From: an uncultured Prochlorococcus sp.
GTDB taxonomy: Bacteria; Cyanobacteriota; Cyanobacteriia; PCC-6307; Cyanobiaceae
Reading direction: 5' to 3'
DNA length: 64,000 bases
Assembly (NCBI GenBank): GCA_902571335.1
Contig: CACGBT010000003.1
Span: 18,102 to 82,101 of the forward strand
The notes under the pieces are model-generated. The model had not been told where the DNA came from. It worked only from the letters and a program-made list of their open reading frames with translations, and made no database searches. This document shows, one piece after another, positions 1 through 11,093 of this stretch. How positions within the stretch are numbered: the first letter of the stretch is position 1; each line of letters opens with the position of its first letter. The position numbers and the translations under genes are program-made.

Positions 1-589
1 CTTGTACAGACATTTCCTGAGGCGTAAGATTATTTGGAGGGGCGGCTACAAGTCTTCTAGCTAGTTCTACACCTTCACATATTTGTGCTGTCTCTTCAAA
101 GCTAATATTCTCAAATTCTTTTAAATTTAAAAACTCTATTTCTTTAAGAACTTTCTTTTCATCTCTTTTCTTATTGAATCTATTGTCCTTAAAGGCAGAT
201 AATCTGGCTGACTCTGCTAGTTGATTTATTTCTAGTTTTGAATTTATTAATTCCCAAGGTAGCAAGATGCTGATTTTTTCATTTTTATCAACTGATTTCC
301 TAACTAGATTTCCTATAGAGTTTTCTATATCACTTTTATTTAGGTCCTTCGATTTGCCAAGACCAACTATGATTAAAGTTTCTAATTTTTGATCTAAAAA
401 TTCAAAGCTTAAAGTTTTTCCTTTTTCTCCTTTAAATTTTTTTTGAGTAACTTTTTTTAGTAATAATTTTGGGTCAATAACAAATTTTATTTTTTCAAGT
501 TGGCTTGAAATTTCTTCCTCTAAAACTCCAAAAATTAATGAAGCACCTTGCCAGTTATCTAGATTTTTTTGGAATGTGGAAAATTGCAT
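1..589 (-). CDS. pepA: Leucyl aminopeptidase (M17), N-terminal part; continues past the window edge
   Basis: Manually translated from ATG at 589: [26 protein letters not shown]...FKGEKG...IIVGLG...[21 protein letters not shown], typical of the M17 N-domain and start of the catalytic domain. Confidence 0.88.
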   Translation of the reverse strand, partial: MQFSTFQKNLDNWQGASLIFGVLEEEISSQLEKIKFVIDPKLLLKKVTQKKFKGEKGKTLSFEFLDQKLETLIIVGLGKSKDLNKSDIENSIGNLVRKSVDKNEKISILLPWELINSKLEINQLAESARLSAFKDNRFNKKRDEKKVLKEIEFLNLKEFENISFEETAQICEGVELARRLVAAPPNNLTPQEMSVQ

Positions 590-613
590 TTGTTAAATGG
601 ATTTAATTAACTT

Positions 614-1225
614 TTAGTTGTTTGTGAAAGTAGTTGCCCACCTATCTCGAGTTTCTTTATTAAAAGGTGGTAACCATAAATATATCAGTTGCTGTTCTAA
701 TTTACGTCTTAATTTTACTTCTTTAGGTACATCTAAAAAGAAACGAATATCTTGATGACTTGAGAGTTTGTTATGAGCTAGGGCTTCTTTATAGTTCATG
801 AGGTAATTTTTACAGTCATGTTCTCCCTTCCATCTTTTATTTGCTGAATTTGTTTCTCCTATATAAAGGATTATTTTAGAACTCTCCATCGAGTCAATTA
901 CAAAATACATTGCTGGACCATTGTGTATATATTGATTGGTTCTCCAAAAGTTCAATGATAATGGCTGCAATGAAAACGGATCAATTTTTCTTTCATCGGA
1001 AATTGTATTTATAGGAAGACTTGTTTGGTGCAAAGTTTTGTTGTGAGTATCTTTTGAAATTTTAAATTGGTGATTATGGATTTTATTTCTCCATTCAGTT
1101 AGGATTTCGCCTTTGATTTTTAGATTATTTGAGTGTTGAAAATTAATTGATGTATTTACATTTGAACCAAATAATTCAAATTGTCTATTATGATTTGAAA
1201 TATTATTTACTTTGAATTTTTCCAA
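614..1225 (-). CDS. GIY-YIG nuclease family protein
   Basis: AMYFVID...LYIGET...RW..H motif spacing and C-terminal E..LI...PPFN. Confidence 0.75.
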   Translation of the reverse strand: MEKFKVNNISNHNRQFELFGSNVNTSINFQHSNNLKIKGEILTEWRNKIHNHQFKISKDTHNKTLHQTSLPINTISDERKIDPFSLQPLSLNFWRTNQYIHNGPAMYFVIDSMESSKIILYIGETNSANKRWKGEHDCKNYLMNYKEALAHNKLSSHQDIRFFLDVPKEVKLRRKLEQQLIYLWLPPFNKETRDRWATTFTNN

Positions 1226-1375
1226 TATCTATTAAACATGTCTACTAAATTTACTTCTGAAAAAATATAAATCAAAGAATTATTTATAAACTAAAATTTA
1301 TTAATGTTCTAATCAATTTAAAAGATTCTTGTTATGTTGTAATTGAGCCTTAATCTTGCGAAGTAAAAAATAGAA

Positions 1376-1699
1376 ATGGGATTCTTTGAGTCAGACATCG
1401 TTCAAGAAGAAGCTAAAAAGCTTTTTACCGACTACCAGGAACTTATGAAACTGGGCTCTGATTATGGAAAATTTGACAGAGAAGGGAAAAAAATGTTTAT
1501 AAAAAAAATGGAAACTCTTATGGATCGTTATAAGGTTTTTATGAAGAGATTTGAATTGTCTGAAGATTTTCAAGCAAAAATGACAGTAGAGCAATTAAAG
1601 ACACAGTTAAGTCAATTTGGGATTACTCCTGATCAAATGTTCGATCAAATGAATAAAACCTTAATAAGAATGAAGGATGAACTTGATAAAACTTCTTAA
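1376..1699 (+). CDS. Conserved cyanobacterial protein (DUF1825-like)
   Basis: MGFFESDIVQEEAKKLF...YGKFDREGK...FMKRFELSEDF. Confidence 0.75.
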   Translation: MGFFESDIVQEEAKKLFTDYQELMKLGSDYGKFDREGKKMFIKKMETLMDRYKVFMKRFELSEDFQAKMTVEQLKTQLSQFGITPDQMFDQMNKTLIRMKDELDKTS

Positions 1700-1718
1700 A
1701 GTTAACGGTTAAATCTTA

Positions 1719-2957
1719 ATGACAGATAATTTAAAATTGCCATCATGGCTGTCAAGAGGAATAGAAGAATATTTTCCAATTAAGGGAACAGATCAAACCT
1801 TTTCGGAGATAATTGATCATGCGAAAAAAAATAATAAAAAATTAAGGGTTAAACTCGGCATCGATCCAACTGGAACCGATATTCATCTTGGGCACAGCAT
1901 ATTGTTTAAAAAACTTAGGGCATTCCAAGATAATGGACATATTGCAGTTTTAATTATTGGGGATTTTACTGCTCAAATTGGAGATCCAACTGGAAAAAAC
2001 AAAACAAGAGTTCAGTTATCGGAAAAACAAGTTAAGGATAATGCAAAAACATACTTAACCCAACTAGGGATGGGAAAGCCAGCCAATGAATCTATTTTAG
2101 ATTTTGATTCAAAAGATAGAATAGAAATTAGATATAACAGTGAATGGTTAAAAGGATTAAATCTTAATTCGATAATTGAATTAATGGGGAGTGCAACAGT
2201 TAGTCAAATGCTAGCTAAAGAGGAATTTAATAAAAGGTACACTTCGCAAGTCCCAATTGCTTTGCATGAATTCTTATATCCACTATTACAAGGTTACGAT
2301 TCGGTAGTTGTTCAATCAGATATTGAGCTTGGAGGCACAGATCAGAAATTTAATATTGCAATAGGAAGAGACCTTCAAAGGCATTTTAATCAAGACCCTC
2401 AATTTGGTGTTCTGCTGCCAATTTTGACAGGTTTAGATGGAATTAAGAAGATGAGTAAATCTGAATTTAACACCGTCGGGTTGACTGAAGATGCCCTTTC
2501 AATGTATTCAAAATTAGAAAAAGTACCCGATAATATAATACCCACCTATTTTGAATTACTTACTGAATTAGATTTAAGTTTTCTGGAAAACTCAAATCCT
2601 CGTGAATTACAGAGAAGAATGGCTTTAGAAGTTACTACTTTATTTCATGGGGACAAAGAAGCATTAAAGGCGCAATCAAACTGCGAAAAATTATTCCTTG
2701 GACAGAAAGAAAAAGTTGGAGAAATTCCAGAGATTTCTTTAAAAGAAGTAGTTTTTCCAGTAAAGTTTTTCTATTTATTAAGTGCTCTAAAACTTTTCAA
2801 ATCTAGCAGCGAATCAAAAAGATCTATTAAAGGTGGGGGTGTAAAAATTGATAGTCAAAAAGTAATAAATCCCGATTTAGTTTTTAATTCAAAAAATGAT
2901 TTGGAAGGGAAAATTTTGCAGATTGGAAAAAAAATTATCAAAAGGTTTGAAAACTGA
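1719..2957 (+). CDS. tyrS: Tyrosine--tRNA ligase
   Basis: [15 protein letters not shown] (HIGH-like), KMSKS, C-terminal S4-like domain. Confidence 0.97.
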   Translation: MTDNLKLPSWLSRGIEEYFPIKGTDQTFSEIIDHAKKNNKKLRVKLGIDPTGTDIHLGHSILFKKLRAFQDNGHIAVLIIGDFTAQIGDPTGKNKTRVQLSEKQVKDNAKTYLTQLGMGKPANESILDFDSKDRIEIRYNSEWLKGLNLNSIIELMGSATVSQMLAKEEFNKRYTSQVPIALHEFLYPLLQGYDSVVVQSDIELGGTDQKFNIAIGRDLQRHFNQDPQFGVLLPILTGLDGIKKMSKSEFNTVGLTEDALSMYSKLEKVPDNIIPTYFELLTELDLSFLENSNPRELQRRMALEVTTLFHGDKEALKAQSNCEKLFLGQKEKVGEIPEISLKEVVFPVKFFYLLSALKLFKSSSESKRSIKGGGVKIDSQKVINPDLVFNSKNDLEGKILQIGKKIIKRFEN

Positions 2958-2960
2958 AAA

Positions 2961-3692
2961 TTGATGAATAACAGATTTAATTCGGAAGATAAAATAATAT
3001 TGGCAATTGATGGATTAGATGTAAGTCAAGCAAAATTACTTTTGGAAAAATGTCCTGATATTAAGTGGGTGAAAGTTGGTTTAGAGCTTTTTGTGAGGGA
3101 AGGTCCAAGAGTTATTGAAATATTAAAAGGTTTAAATAAAAAAATTTTTTTAGACTTAAAATTTCATGATATTCCAAATACCATGCGTGCAGCATGTTTC
3201 CAAGTTTCAAAATTAGGGGTTGATATAATTTCTATTCATGCTTCAGCAGGTTTAAAAGCTCTTAAGGATTCGAAAAAAGCATCTTTAGAAGGAGCTACCT
3301 CAGTCAGTTTGAAACCTCCATTGGTTGTAGGAATAACTGTTTTAACAAGCTTTTCTCTTAAAGATTTTCAAATTGATCTTGATAGAAATAATTCAATTGA
3401 AGAAAATGTATTGAGACTTGCAAAGTTGTCTTTTGATGCTGGATTAGATGGATGTGTTTGTTCCCCTTGTGAGGTAAATATGTTGAGATCTATTTATAAG
3501 GACAATTTTGAACTTATTACACCAGGTATCAGATTAAATATTGACAATAAAGATGATCAAAATAGAATTATGACTCCCCATGAAGCTATAGATAATGGCG
3601 CTTCTAAGCTAGTCATTGGCAGATCAATTTCAAAAGCTATAGATCCTAATAAAACTCTAATAGAAATATTTAAATCTATTGATTCTGATTAA
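2961..3692 (+). CDS. pyrF: Orotidine-5'-phosphate decarboxylase
   Basis: [12 protein letters not shown] catalytic motif, TPGIR, VIGRSI. Confidence 0.97.
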   Translation: MMNNRFNSEDKIILAIDGLDVSQAKLLLEKCPDIKWVKVGLELFVREGPRVIEILKGLNKKIFLDLKFHDIPNTMRAACFQVSKLGVDIISIHASAGLKALKDSKKASLEGATSVSLKPPLVVGITVLTSFSLKDFQIDLDRNNSIEENVLRLAKLSFDAGLDGCVCSPCEVNMLRSIYKDNFELITPGIRLNIDNKDDQNRIMTPHEAIDNGASKLVIGRSISKAIDPNKTLIEIFKSIDSD

Positions 3693-4269
3693 TTTTGGAT
3701 TCTTCTCCCTTAAGCAATCTTGTTATGTTTGTTCTATGTTTCCAGATTACTAATAATGCCACAATTAAACTTATAAAAAAGTATGAGTGCATAAATTTAC
3801 CTAGGTAAAAAAACATAAAAATAGGAAGTAAGATTGCAGCTGAAATACTGGATAAAGAAACAAATTTAGTTTTTGTTAGGACTATTAAAAAAATGCCAAG
3901 AGATGCGAGTCCAACTTTCCAAGAAAGAGCTAAAAACATACCTAATCCAGTAGCAACAGCTTTCCCTCCTTTACCTCTAAGCCATATTGGCCAAATATGT
4001 CCTGAGATAGCGGATATTCCTGCTATTACCTCTATTAATCCTTGATCTGTATAAAATTGAGCAATTTTTACTGCTAGAAGGCCTTTCCCAACGTCAATGA
4101 TAAACACAAAAAGTGCTGGCCATTTCCCAACATTTCTTAAGACATTTGTTGCACCTGTAGATCCAGAACCCATAGTTCTTAGATCTATATTTTTTAGATA
4201 TTTTCCAACTAAAAAACCTGTCGGAAGTGATCCTAAAAGATAACTTGTAAAAATTATTAAGATATTCAT
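3676..4269 (-). CDS. plsY: Glycerol-3-phosphate acyltransferase PlsY
   Basis: [36 protein letters not shown]. Confidence 0.95.
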   Translation of the reverse strand: MNILIIFTSYLLGSLPTGFLVGKYLKNIDLRTMGSGSTGATNVLRNVGKWPALFVFIIDVGKGLLAVKIAQFYTDQGLIEVIAGISAISGHIWPIWLRGKGGKAVATGLGMFLALSWKVGLASLGIFLIVLTKTKFVSLSSISAAILLPIFMFFYLGKFMHSYFFISLIVALLVIWKHRTNITRLLKGEESKINQNQ

Positions 4270-4274
4270 AAACC

Positions 4275-5285
4275 TTAGTTTAGTTCAAGATCATCGTAAA
4301 TTTCATTATCTGAACCAGCAAATGCAACCCATAATGGGAATTGAAGTATTGGAATTTCAACAGAGGTTTCTGCTGCATCAATGATAATAAATGGCAATTC
4401 TTCATTGGCTTCCAATCTATCAGCTCTCTCGATAACACCTTCAGGCCTTTCAAAAAGAACAATCCCACTATTAGGTCCAAAGTCATCCCTTGTGAGACCA
4501 AGTGAATCTTGAAGAATTCTTCTCCATTCACCTAATCGTTCAGGCTGCGAAGCTAAAATAAGAGTCTGAAATTGATCTCCATATAATTCACCAAGAATAG
4601 ATATTAACCCTGCTGATATCAAAGCATTCTTTTGTCGAGATCCTCTACTTTCAAGAGAACCTCTTCCACCCATGTTAAAGAACCAATCATCCATAATTTC
4701 TATATCTGATGAATCAAGACTCCTTCTTAATTTCCAAGATTCAGCATAAAAATCAGGCTGTTCTATAAAACTTGAAAAGCAACTTTTTATAATCTTCTCA
4801 TCTGGCTTAAATGTTTCAGAAAGAGCAGGAATATTAACCACATTATTTGCACTATTGTTTTGCTTTTTATCATCAAGGGGAGATGGCTTTACGATTATTG
4901 GTTGAGAAACTAATTCAAGTTTCTCTACGTTTTGTGAAAGATTCTGCAAAGCTCCTGTTAAGTACTCTTGAAAACCTTTAACTCGTTTAGCAATATTATC
5001 TGATTGTCCTTTGAAATTTGAATCAATATCTTTTTCTAATTCATCTTTTTTTGTTTCCAACTCTTTTATTTCTTTAACTAAAGAGTCTTTTTTAAAAACG
5101 AGATCTCTAAAAAGTTCATTAGAAATTTCATCCAAAGATTTAGTTGATTTGTCGTTTTTTGGTGAAATTTTTTTATTTTGCGTTGTATTTTTCTTACTAA
5201 TTTGTTTTGTTTTATCATCTGAAATTGACTTGTCTACTTTTGATTCCTTCTCAGGATTATTGTTAGAAATTTCTGTATTGTCCAT
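4275..5285 (-). CDS. Conserved cyanobacterial coiled-coil protein (DUF3086-like)
   Basis: Coiled coil, then [14 protein letters not shown] and [28 protein letters not shown]. Confidence 0.7.
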   Translation of the reverse strand: MDNTEISNNNPEKESKVDKSISDDKTKQISKKNTTQNKKISPKNDKSTKSLDEISNELFRDLVFKKDSLVKEIKELETKKDELEKDIDSNFKGQSDNIAKRVKGFQEYLTGALQNLSQNVEKLELVSQPIIVKPSPLDDKKQNNSANNVVNIPALSETFKPDEKIIKSCFSSFIEQPDFYAESWKLRRSLDSSDIEIMDDWFFNMGGRGSLESRGSRQKNALISAGLISILGELYGDQFQTLILASQPERLGEWRRILQDSLGLTRDDFGPNSGIVLFERPEGVIERADRLEANEELPFIIIDAAETSVEIPILQFPLWVAFAGSDNEIYDDLELN

Positions 5286-5321
5286 TTAAATAAATTTTGA
5301 TGATTAAGCAAATACTGAATT

Positions 5322-5738
5322 TTAGGTATTTTTAATTTCCAGGGAGTCAACTTTTTTTATGAGCTCATCTTTTAATTGCTTTGGATTAAATAATATTGGT
5401 AATAAATGAGGACTTGACTTTTCTCTAAAATAAAAAATACCCGGGATTATAGGGAAAAAGAATTTCCATGATATCCAGTTCTTGAATGGAAAAGTTCTTA
5501 TCTCTTTTCCTAATTGTAAAACGATAAAATCATCATTTGTTATTTTTATTCTTAAGGTAAAAGACTGAAGTAATAAAAAAAAGCTAAAAGAAGCAAAAAT
5601 TATTGTTGGCAAAGAACCAATATTTAAAAATAAAAGCATAAAACTTAAAATTATTAGAATGATTGGTAATTGAAATGATGGTGATATTATGACTGGTTCT
5701 TCTTTTTTGGTTTTAGTGTTAAACATAGAATCATCCAA
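5322..5738 (-). CDS. Conserved membrane protein (DUF3119-like)
   Basis: Two N-terminal TM helices, FP..NW..W, FYFRE..SPHLLPILF; true start may be the ATG about 12 nt downstream. Confidence 0.7.
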   Translation of the reverse strand: MDDSMFNTKTKKEEPVIISPSFQLPIILIILSFMLLFLNIGSLPTIIFASFSFFLLLQSFTLRIKITNDDFIVLQLGKEIRTFPFKNWISWKFFFPIIPGIFYFREKSSPHLLPILFNPKQLKDELIKKVDSLEIKNT

Positions 5739-6486
5739 ATAAAATTTGTGTTAGTAATACATCCATTAAAGATACAGTAACGAGAGTCATTACAACCGCA
5801 CCTGTTGTACTTGTTCCAACTTCTTTTGGACCACCTTTAGTTGTGAGTCCATATCCACAAGCAATAATTGAAATTAGCAATCCGAATACTACAGCTTTTA
5901 TTAACATTGAAGTTAGATCTGTGCTGGTTAAACTTACATTACCTGATCTTACAGATGTCCAAAAAACTATTGGAGGAACTTTATAAAAAATTGTGCTCCA
6001 AATTTGTCCACTCCATAAAGCTACAGATAAAAACAAAAGACACTGTATTGGTGACATTATTACCATAGATAGTAACCTTGGGACTACCAAATATTGGACT
6101 GGTTCAGTCCTTAACATGGTTATTGCCTCAATTTGTTCTGTAACTTTCATGGTACCCAGTTGAGCAGCATAGGCAGTGGCAACTTTTCCAGTCATTAAGG
6201 TGGCAGTTAGAAGAGGAGCCATTTCTCTAGCCATGCCTACTGCTAATAAACCTCCAATTTCACTTGAAACCCCCATACTTGTAAGTTGTGATGCAACTTG
6301 AATATTAAAAACTGTACCTGCGGCAATTCCTGTAATTAAAACAATTAACAGACTCCCAGGACCTGCCTCCATAAGTTGGTCAAAGAGATCATTTTTGGAA
6401 ATTTTACCTTTAAAGATAAAATAAATTGCTTGACCGCCAATGATTAAGCTGCTTAGAAGTCTTTTAAAAAATTTAGGGTAAAACAT
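5731..6486 (-). CDS. mlaE: MlaE/TGD1-family lipid ABC transporter permease
   Basis: REMAPLLTA, AQLGTMKVTEQIEA, YLVVPR, GGPKEVG.STT.AVV. Confidence 0.9.
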   Translation of the reverse strand: MFYPKFFKRLLSSLIIGGQAIYFIFKGKISKNDLFDQLMEAGPGSLLIVLITGIAAGTVFNIQVASQLTSMGVSSEIGGLLAVGMAREMAPLLTATLMTGKVATAYAAQLGTMKVTEQIEAITMLRTEPVQYLVVPRLLSMVIMSPIQCLLFLSVALWSGQIWSTIFYKVPPIVFWTSVRSGNVSLTSTDLTSMLIKAVVFGLLISIIACGYGLTTKGGPKEVGTSTTGAVVMTLVTVSLMDVLLTQILFG

Positions 6487-6495
6487 ATTTTTATA

Positions 6496-7893
6496 TTAGT
6501 TTGTAATTAATTTTTGATCCCATTTTCTCATTATTAAAAGACCAATTATTACTAATATTGAGGGTATCAAACCAATACATAATCTAATAGTTAATTGTGC
6601 TGAGTAGCATTGTTCAAAAATATTTAGACTATCTTTATCAACAAAGCATGATTGATAACCAGATAAATACAACAAAAATCCTAATAATTGAACACTAAAC
6701 GCTATACCAATCTTCTGAATAAGTACCATCCAAGCAGTATATAATCCTGCTGGTTTCTCTGGATCTTCGTCTATTGCATCAGGAAGTAGTGACCAAGGGA
6801 TAAGAAAAGCAGTTGAAGCTCCAATGCCAATAAGACAAATTATGAAAATTAAAAGAATGAACAGAAATATGTTGCTGGAATTTAGGAATAAACTATCCTC
6901 AACTCCTGAAATTTTTGATAATGGAGGTAAAAATAAAGCTGCCGTACATGAAATGATCCACATTACCGCTCCATAGTTTAAAGCTGAAATTCGATTCAAT
7001 TTATTTGATACTCTGGTCCATATTTGTAAACCCACTAAAGCACTAATTTGGAAAGGTATTGGGATCCACTTGGCAATATATGTTGGAACATTAAGTACAT
7101 CTTCTACATAGATTAACGCTACTGTTTGCATCAATTGTAAAGCGCACCAGAGAAGAATATAAAGTGTAATAACTTTTAGAAATTTTTTATTTCTGAAGAT
7201 CCTTTTGAATTGAAGTGTTATAGCTTCAACTTTTCCTGAAGGCCTTCTTGCTTTTTTTGCGAATGGAGCCAATCCCCAACAAGAAATTAATGTAGCAGCA
7301 ACTGCTATAAATCCACTTATTTTACCCATTAAAAAATATTCATTATTTGCTGATCCTTCAGAACCTAATACAATTCCAGCAATTATTAAACCAGTTAGTC
7401 CTGCAATTATTGAGCCAGTAAATCTAGATGCGTTTAGTCTTGTTCTTATTACTGTTTTTTCAGAAATTTCAGTAGATAGAGCTGCAAAAGGAAGATTAAT
7501 ACTTGTATAAGCAGTCATTACGACTATAGAAATTATGGCATAGTAAATAGTCTTGGTTAGTACGGAACCAGTGGGAGTCCACCATATCGCAGCTAAAGAA
7601 AAACCAAGAGGAACAGAAGCTGCAACCATCCAAGGGATCCTGGGTCCCCATCTTGATTTTGTACGATCACTTAACCATCCAATTAACGGATCATTAACGG
7701 CATCCCATATCTTTATTAACATTAATAATGAACCTGCAATTATTACTGGTAAACCAGCAGAAATAAAGAATTTGAACAGAAAGAAACCAAATTGCGTTGC
7801 TACTAAACCTGTGCCTGCATCTCCTAGCCCATAAGAAAACATTAATCTTGTTGTTGATCTAGTGATATCTTTTTTCGAGTGTGAATTTTCCAA
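6496..7893 (-). CDS. MFS transporter, GPH (MelB-like) cation:sugar symporter family
   Basis: WDAVNDPLIGWLSDRTKSRWGPRIPW; about 12 TM helices. Confidence 0.88.
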   Translation of the reverse strand: MENSHSKKDITRSTTRLMFSYGLGDAGTGLVATQFGFFLFKFFISAGLPVIIAGSLLMLIKIWDAVNDPLIGWLSDRTKSRWGPRIPWMVAASVPLGFSLAAIWWTPTGSVLTKTIYYAIISIVVMTAYTSINLPFAALSTEISEKTVIRTRLNASRFTGSIIAGLTGLIIAGIVLGSEGSANNEYFLMGKISGFIAVAATLISCWGLAPFAKKARRPSGKVEAITLQFKRIFRNKKFLKVITLYILLWCALQLMQTVALIYVEDVLNVPTYIAKWIPIPFQISALVGLQIWTRVSNKLNRISALNYGAVMWIISCTAALFLPPLSKISGVEDSLFLNSSNIFLFILLIFIICLIGIGASTAFLIPWSLLPDAIDEDPEKPAGLYTAWMVLIQKIGIAFSVQLLGFLLYLSGYQSCFVDKDSLNIFEQCYSAQLTIRLCIGLIPSILVIIGLLIMRKWDQKLITN

Positions 7894-7954
7894 TCTTTTT
7901 ACTTTGTTGATTGTTTGATAATGTATTATTGCAATGGTAATTCTATTACTTAAT

Positions 7955-8025
7955 GCGGGCGTGGTTTAGTGGTAAAACCTCAGCCTTCCAAGCTGAAGAT
8001 GCGGGTTCGATTCCCGCCGCCCGCT
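7955..8025 (+). tRNA. tRNA-Gly (anticodon TCC)
   Basis: GCGGGCG/CGCCCGC acceptor stem, TCC anticodon within TCAGC-CTTCCAA-GCTGA, GGTTCGATTC T-loop; CCA not encoded. Confidence 0.97.
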
Positions 8026-8036
8026 TTTAGGATATA

Positions 8037-10058
8037 TTATTTTGCCCCAAATACTTCTTCTGAAATTATTAATAAAGAGCTTCTACTCTTTATCGAAACA
8101 GATTTTTCATTAATGGTTAATGGTTCAAAAATCTTAGGCATGCTGGTGTCAATAACCTTTAACCAATTATATTTACATTTCGGCAAGGGGAAATCGATAC
8201 TTTTTGAATATGCATTTAAACCTACCCAAATCAGCGGATTAGTATTGCCTTTATTAATGCTAAAAGCAATTGTATGAGACCAACTACTCCAATCGGGGCT
8301 ATCTAACTTTGTTCCATGCCAATGATATTTTGGAATATTTTCAATTGATTGCTTTTTAGGTAAGAATGATGGATTAAAAATGTTTATTAGTTTTTTTCGG
8401 ATTTTTATAACGTACTTAAAATATTCTAATAATTCCAAATCTTGTTGACCATCTTCCCAATTCATCCAGCCCAATACATTATTTTGGCACCAAGAATTAT
8501 TGTTACCGCCTTGTGACCTACCTATCTCATCACCCATAAGTATCATTGGAACACCTTTAGAGATAAGTAAACTAAGAATGAGATTTTTTTGTTGTCTTTT
8601 TCTTAAATCAGTGATTAATAAGTTTGTAGTTGGTCCCTCTATACCATGATTCCAAGAATTGTTATGGTTATCACCATCTCTATTTTGTTCTCTATTAGCA
8701 AAATTATGTTTTCCATTGAAAGTGACTAAATCTTTTAGAGTTAATCCATCATGTGAGGTAATAAAATTTATTGATTTTGGGAAAATATTATCTTCTTTAT
8801 AAATCGATGGAGTACCTTTTATTTTATCGCTCATATTCCATGCTGTATCTTTATCCCCCTTCCAAAATCTTCGCAAGTCATCTCTAAAATGACCATTCCA
8901 AGTGAAAGTATTCTTAGATGGGAAATCACCTAATTTATATAAACCACCACAATCCCATGGTTCACTTATTAATTTGATATCGATAAGTTCTGGTTCACAT
9001 TCTATATCTTCAAAAATTGGAGGATTTTCTAGTGGCGAAAGATTTTCTCCTCTTGTTAGGGCAATTCCCAAATCAAATCTAAAACCATCTACTCCAAATT
9101 CACTGGCCCAACATTTTAAAGATTCAATTATTAGTTTTCTAACTAATCCTCTGTTTGCCGCAATAGTATTACCGCACCCAGAGACGTCCTGATAATTTTT
9201 ATCTTTTCCTATAAAGTAATAAAGATTTTCATCTATACCTTTCCAAGATATTGCAGGTCCTTGAGAATCTCCTTCAGAAGTGTGATTGTACACAACATCT
9301 AATATGACTTCAATATCTGCTTTATGACATTCCTCTACTAATCTTCTGAATTCCTCTCTATTCTTTTCGGCGGATTCATTCGAAAGATACTCAAAATGAG
9401 GAGTAAACCAATTGATTGGACTATAACCCCAAAAATTCTTTAAACCATTTGGTGCATCAGTTGGATCAAAACAAAAAATTGGAAGTAATTCAATTGTTGT
9501 AATACCGAGTTCTTTGAGATACGGAATTTTTTTTAAAAATTTCTTGAAACAACTTTCATTTTTATCAGTTGATTCAGTGAAGGATTTGATATGAAGTTCA
9601 TAAATAATTGTTTCTTCCCAAGGATGTTTCGGTCTAGGATAATCCTTAAAATTAAATAATTTTCTATCGCAAACAACGCTTTTAAGACAAGAATTAATAT
9701 TTTCTTGAGTTTTTAATGCATTTTCTCTTTTATAACTTCCCCATCCAGTAATACCTCTTGAACATGGATCAAGTAATACTTTTTTTTCATAGTTATTATT
9801 AATTTCATTATTTTTTTGTTTTATTCTAAAAGCATAAATACAACCTTCATTTAGATTTTTTATTTCCACATGCCAGTAGGGACCAGTATTATGGTTCTGA
9901 TCTAATTTCAATGTAGTTTTTGGGTAAATAGAGTCTTCTTTCTCAAACAATAAGATTTCTACATATTCTGCATTTGTGGCTATAAGGGAAAAATTAACTC
10001 CTTGAGAAGTTAGAGAACTTCCTAAAGGAAATGGTTTACCTTTATTGATATGAGTCAC
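8037..10058 (-). CDS. glgX: Glycogen debranching enzyme / isoamylase (GH13)
   Basis: GKPFPLG, NFWGY, DVVYNHT, DGFRFDL, EPWD, SHDG, GNNN.WCQ. Confidence 0.95.
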   Translation of the reverse strand: MTHINKGKPFPLGSSLTSQGVNFSLIATNAEYVEILLFEKEDSIYPKTTLKLDQNHNTGPYWHVEIKNLNEGCIYAFRIKQKNNEINNNYEKKVLLDPCSRGITGWGSYKRENALKTQENINSCLKSVVCDRKLFNFKDYPRPKHPWEETIIYELHIKSFTESTDKNESCFKKFLKKIPYLKELGITTIELLPIFCFDPTDAPNGLKNFWGYSPINWFTPHFEYLSNESAEKNREEFRRLVEECHKADIEVILDVVYNHTSEGDSQGPAISWKGIDENLYYFIGKDKNYQDVSGCGNTIAANRGLVRKLIIESLKCWASEFGVDGFRFDLGIALTRGENLSPLENPPIFEDIECEPELIDIKLISEPWDCGGLYKLGDFPSKNTFTWNGHFRDDLRRFWKGDKDTAWNMSDKIKGTPSIYKEDNIFPKSINFITSHDGLTLKDLVTFNGKHNFANREQNRDGDNHNNSWNHGIEGPTTNLLITDLRKRQQKNLILSLLISKGVPMILMGDEIGRSQGGNNNSWCQNNVLGWMNWEDGQQDLELLEYFKYVIKIRKKLINIFNPSFLPKKQSIENIPKYHWHGTKLDSPDWSSWSHTIAFSINKGNTNPLIWVGLNAYSKSIDFPLPKCKYNWLKVIDTSMPKIFEPLTINEKSVSIKSRSSLLIISEEVFGAK

Positions 10059-10683
10059 TTTCTCTTTATCATTGATTTATTAAATATTGGGATAATTTAT
10101 TAAAAATTACTGATATTTAAATAATAGATGCAAAATTAAAAATAAACTAAAATTTAAGGTTTCACTAATCAACTTTATTAGATCTTGGAGAGTATTGATT
10201 TTCTAATTAATCGCAATATATTCATCCATTTGATCAATACATAGAACGATCTAGAGAGAAAGTTGAATAATGAGGAAACTAGATTTTTCTTGATATCAAA
10301 ATACAAATTACGCTTTTTCATGTGATGAGAAGGAAATATATCTGAAAATTAATAAAACATAATAAATAGCTCAGATTCATAACTTTATTTCTCTTTAACA
10401 TTTTTTCTTTAATAAATGAATTTAGATTTTTTAAGGATAAATCAAGTGCTGCCAATGGTTTTAGATGTTTTATAGTTAAGGAGGCTAATTTTATATAAGA
10501 AAAATGTGAAGCTATAAAAATAAATTTTGCAGCTAAAAATGTCCCTAAGATTTGTATAAAGCTTTGCGCCGCCAGCATTTTCGGTTGCCGTATTTGTATT
10601 TGCTCCATATGATATGCAAGTTCGAGGTTTTTTAGGCTTGACTAAAACACTTGTCTTTAAATCTCTGCTTTACAAACAATTCA

Positions 10684-10959
10684 ATGAACAAAGCTGATTT
10701 AGTAAATCTTGTTGCTGCTCGTACAGAGCTCACAAAAACGGATGTTTCTTTAGTTGTTGATGCAGCTATTGAAACTATTGTTGACTCAGTAGTGGAAGGC
10801 AAAAAAGTCTCCTTACTAGGATTTGGTTCTTTTGAGCCAAGAGATCGTTCTGCAAGACAGGGATTAAACCCTAAGACAGGCGAAAAAATAGCAATACCTG
10901 CTAAAAGAGTTCCAACATTCTCTGCAGGTAAACTTTTTAAGGATAGAGTTCAAGGGTAA
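10684..10959 (+). CDS. hup: DNA-binding protein HU
   Basis: MNKADLV...GFGSFE...GLNPKTGEKIAIPAKRVPTFSAGK; ATG at 10684 preferred over TTG at 10651. Confidence 0.96.
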   Translation: MNKADLVNLVAARTELTKTDVSLVVDAAIETIVDSVVEGKKVSLLGFGSFEPRDRSARQGLNPKTGEKIAIPAKRVPTFSAGKLFKDRVQG

Positions 10960-10988
10960 TCATTCAATCTATTTATTCCCTTAATATC

Positions 10989-11016
10989 AAGATGCTCTTC
11001 AAGGGCATCTTTTTTT
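10989..11016 (+). terminator. Intrinsic terminator downstream of hup
   Basis: AAGATGCTCT-TCA-AGGGCATCTT stem (one G-U pair) running into a T tract. Confidence 0.8.
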
Positions 11017-11093
11017 AATTGCAATAAAATACTATAAGCTCAATGACCAAAACTCTTAATAAGGTATCCAAAATTTTGAAGCTTTAAGAAGTA

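Noticed and set aside
1232-1247. Weak LexA-box-like sequence (reverse TAGTAGACATGTTTAA) before the GIY-YIG gene
   Set aside because: Several mismatches to the cyanobacterial AGTAC-N4-GTACT-type consensus; expected by chance in AT-rich DNA.
7969-8277. 102-aa ORF on the + strand
   Set aside because: It starts inside tRNA-Gly and is antisense to the glgX 3' end; shadow ORF.
10318-10608. 96-aa ORF on the - strand upstream of hup
   Set aside because: No recognisable motif; composition is typical of translated AT-rich non-coding DNA.
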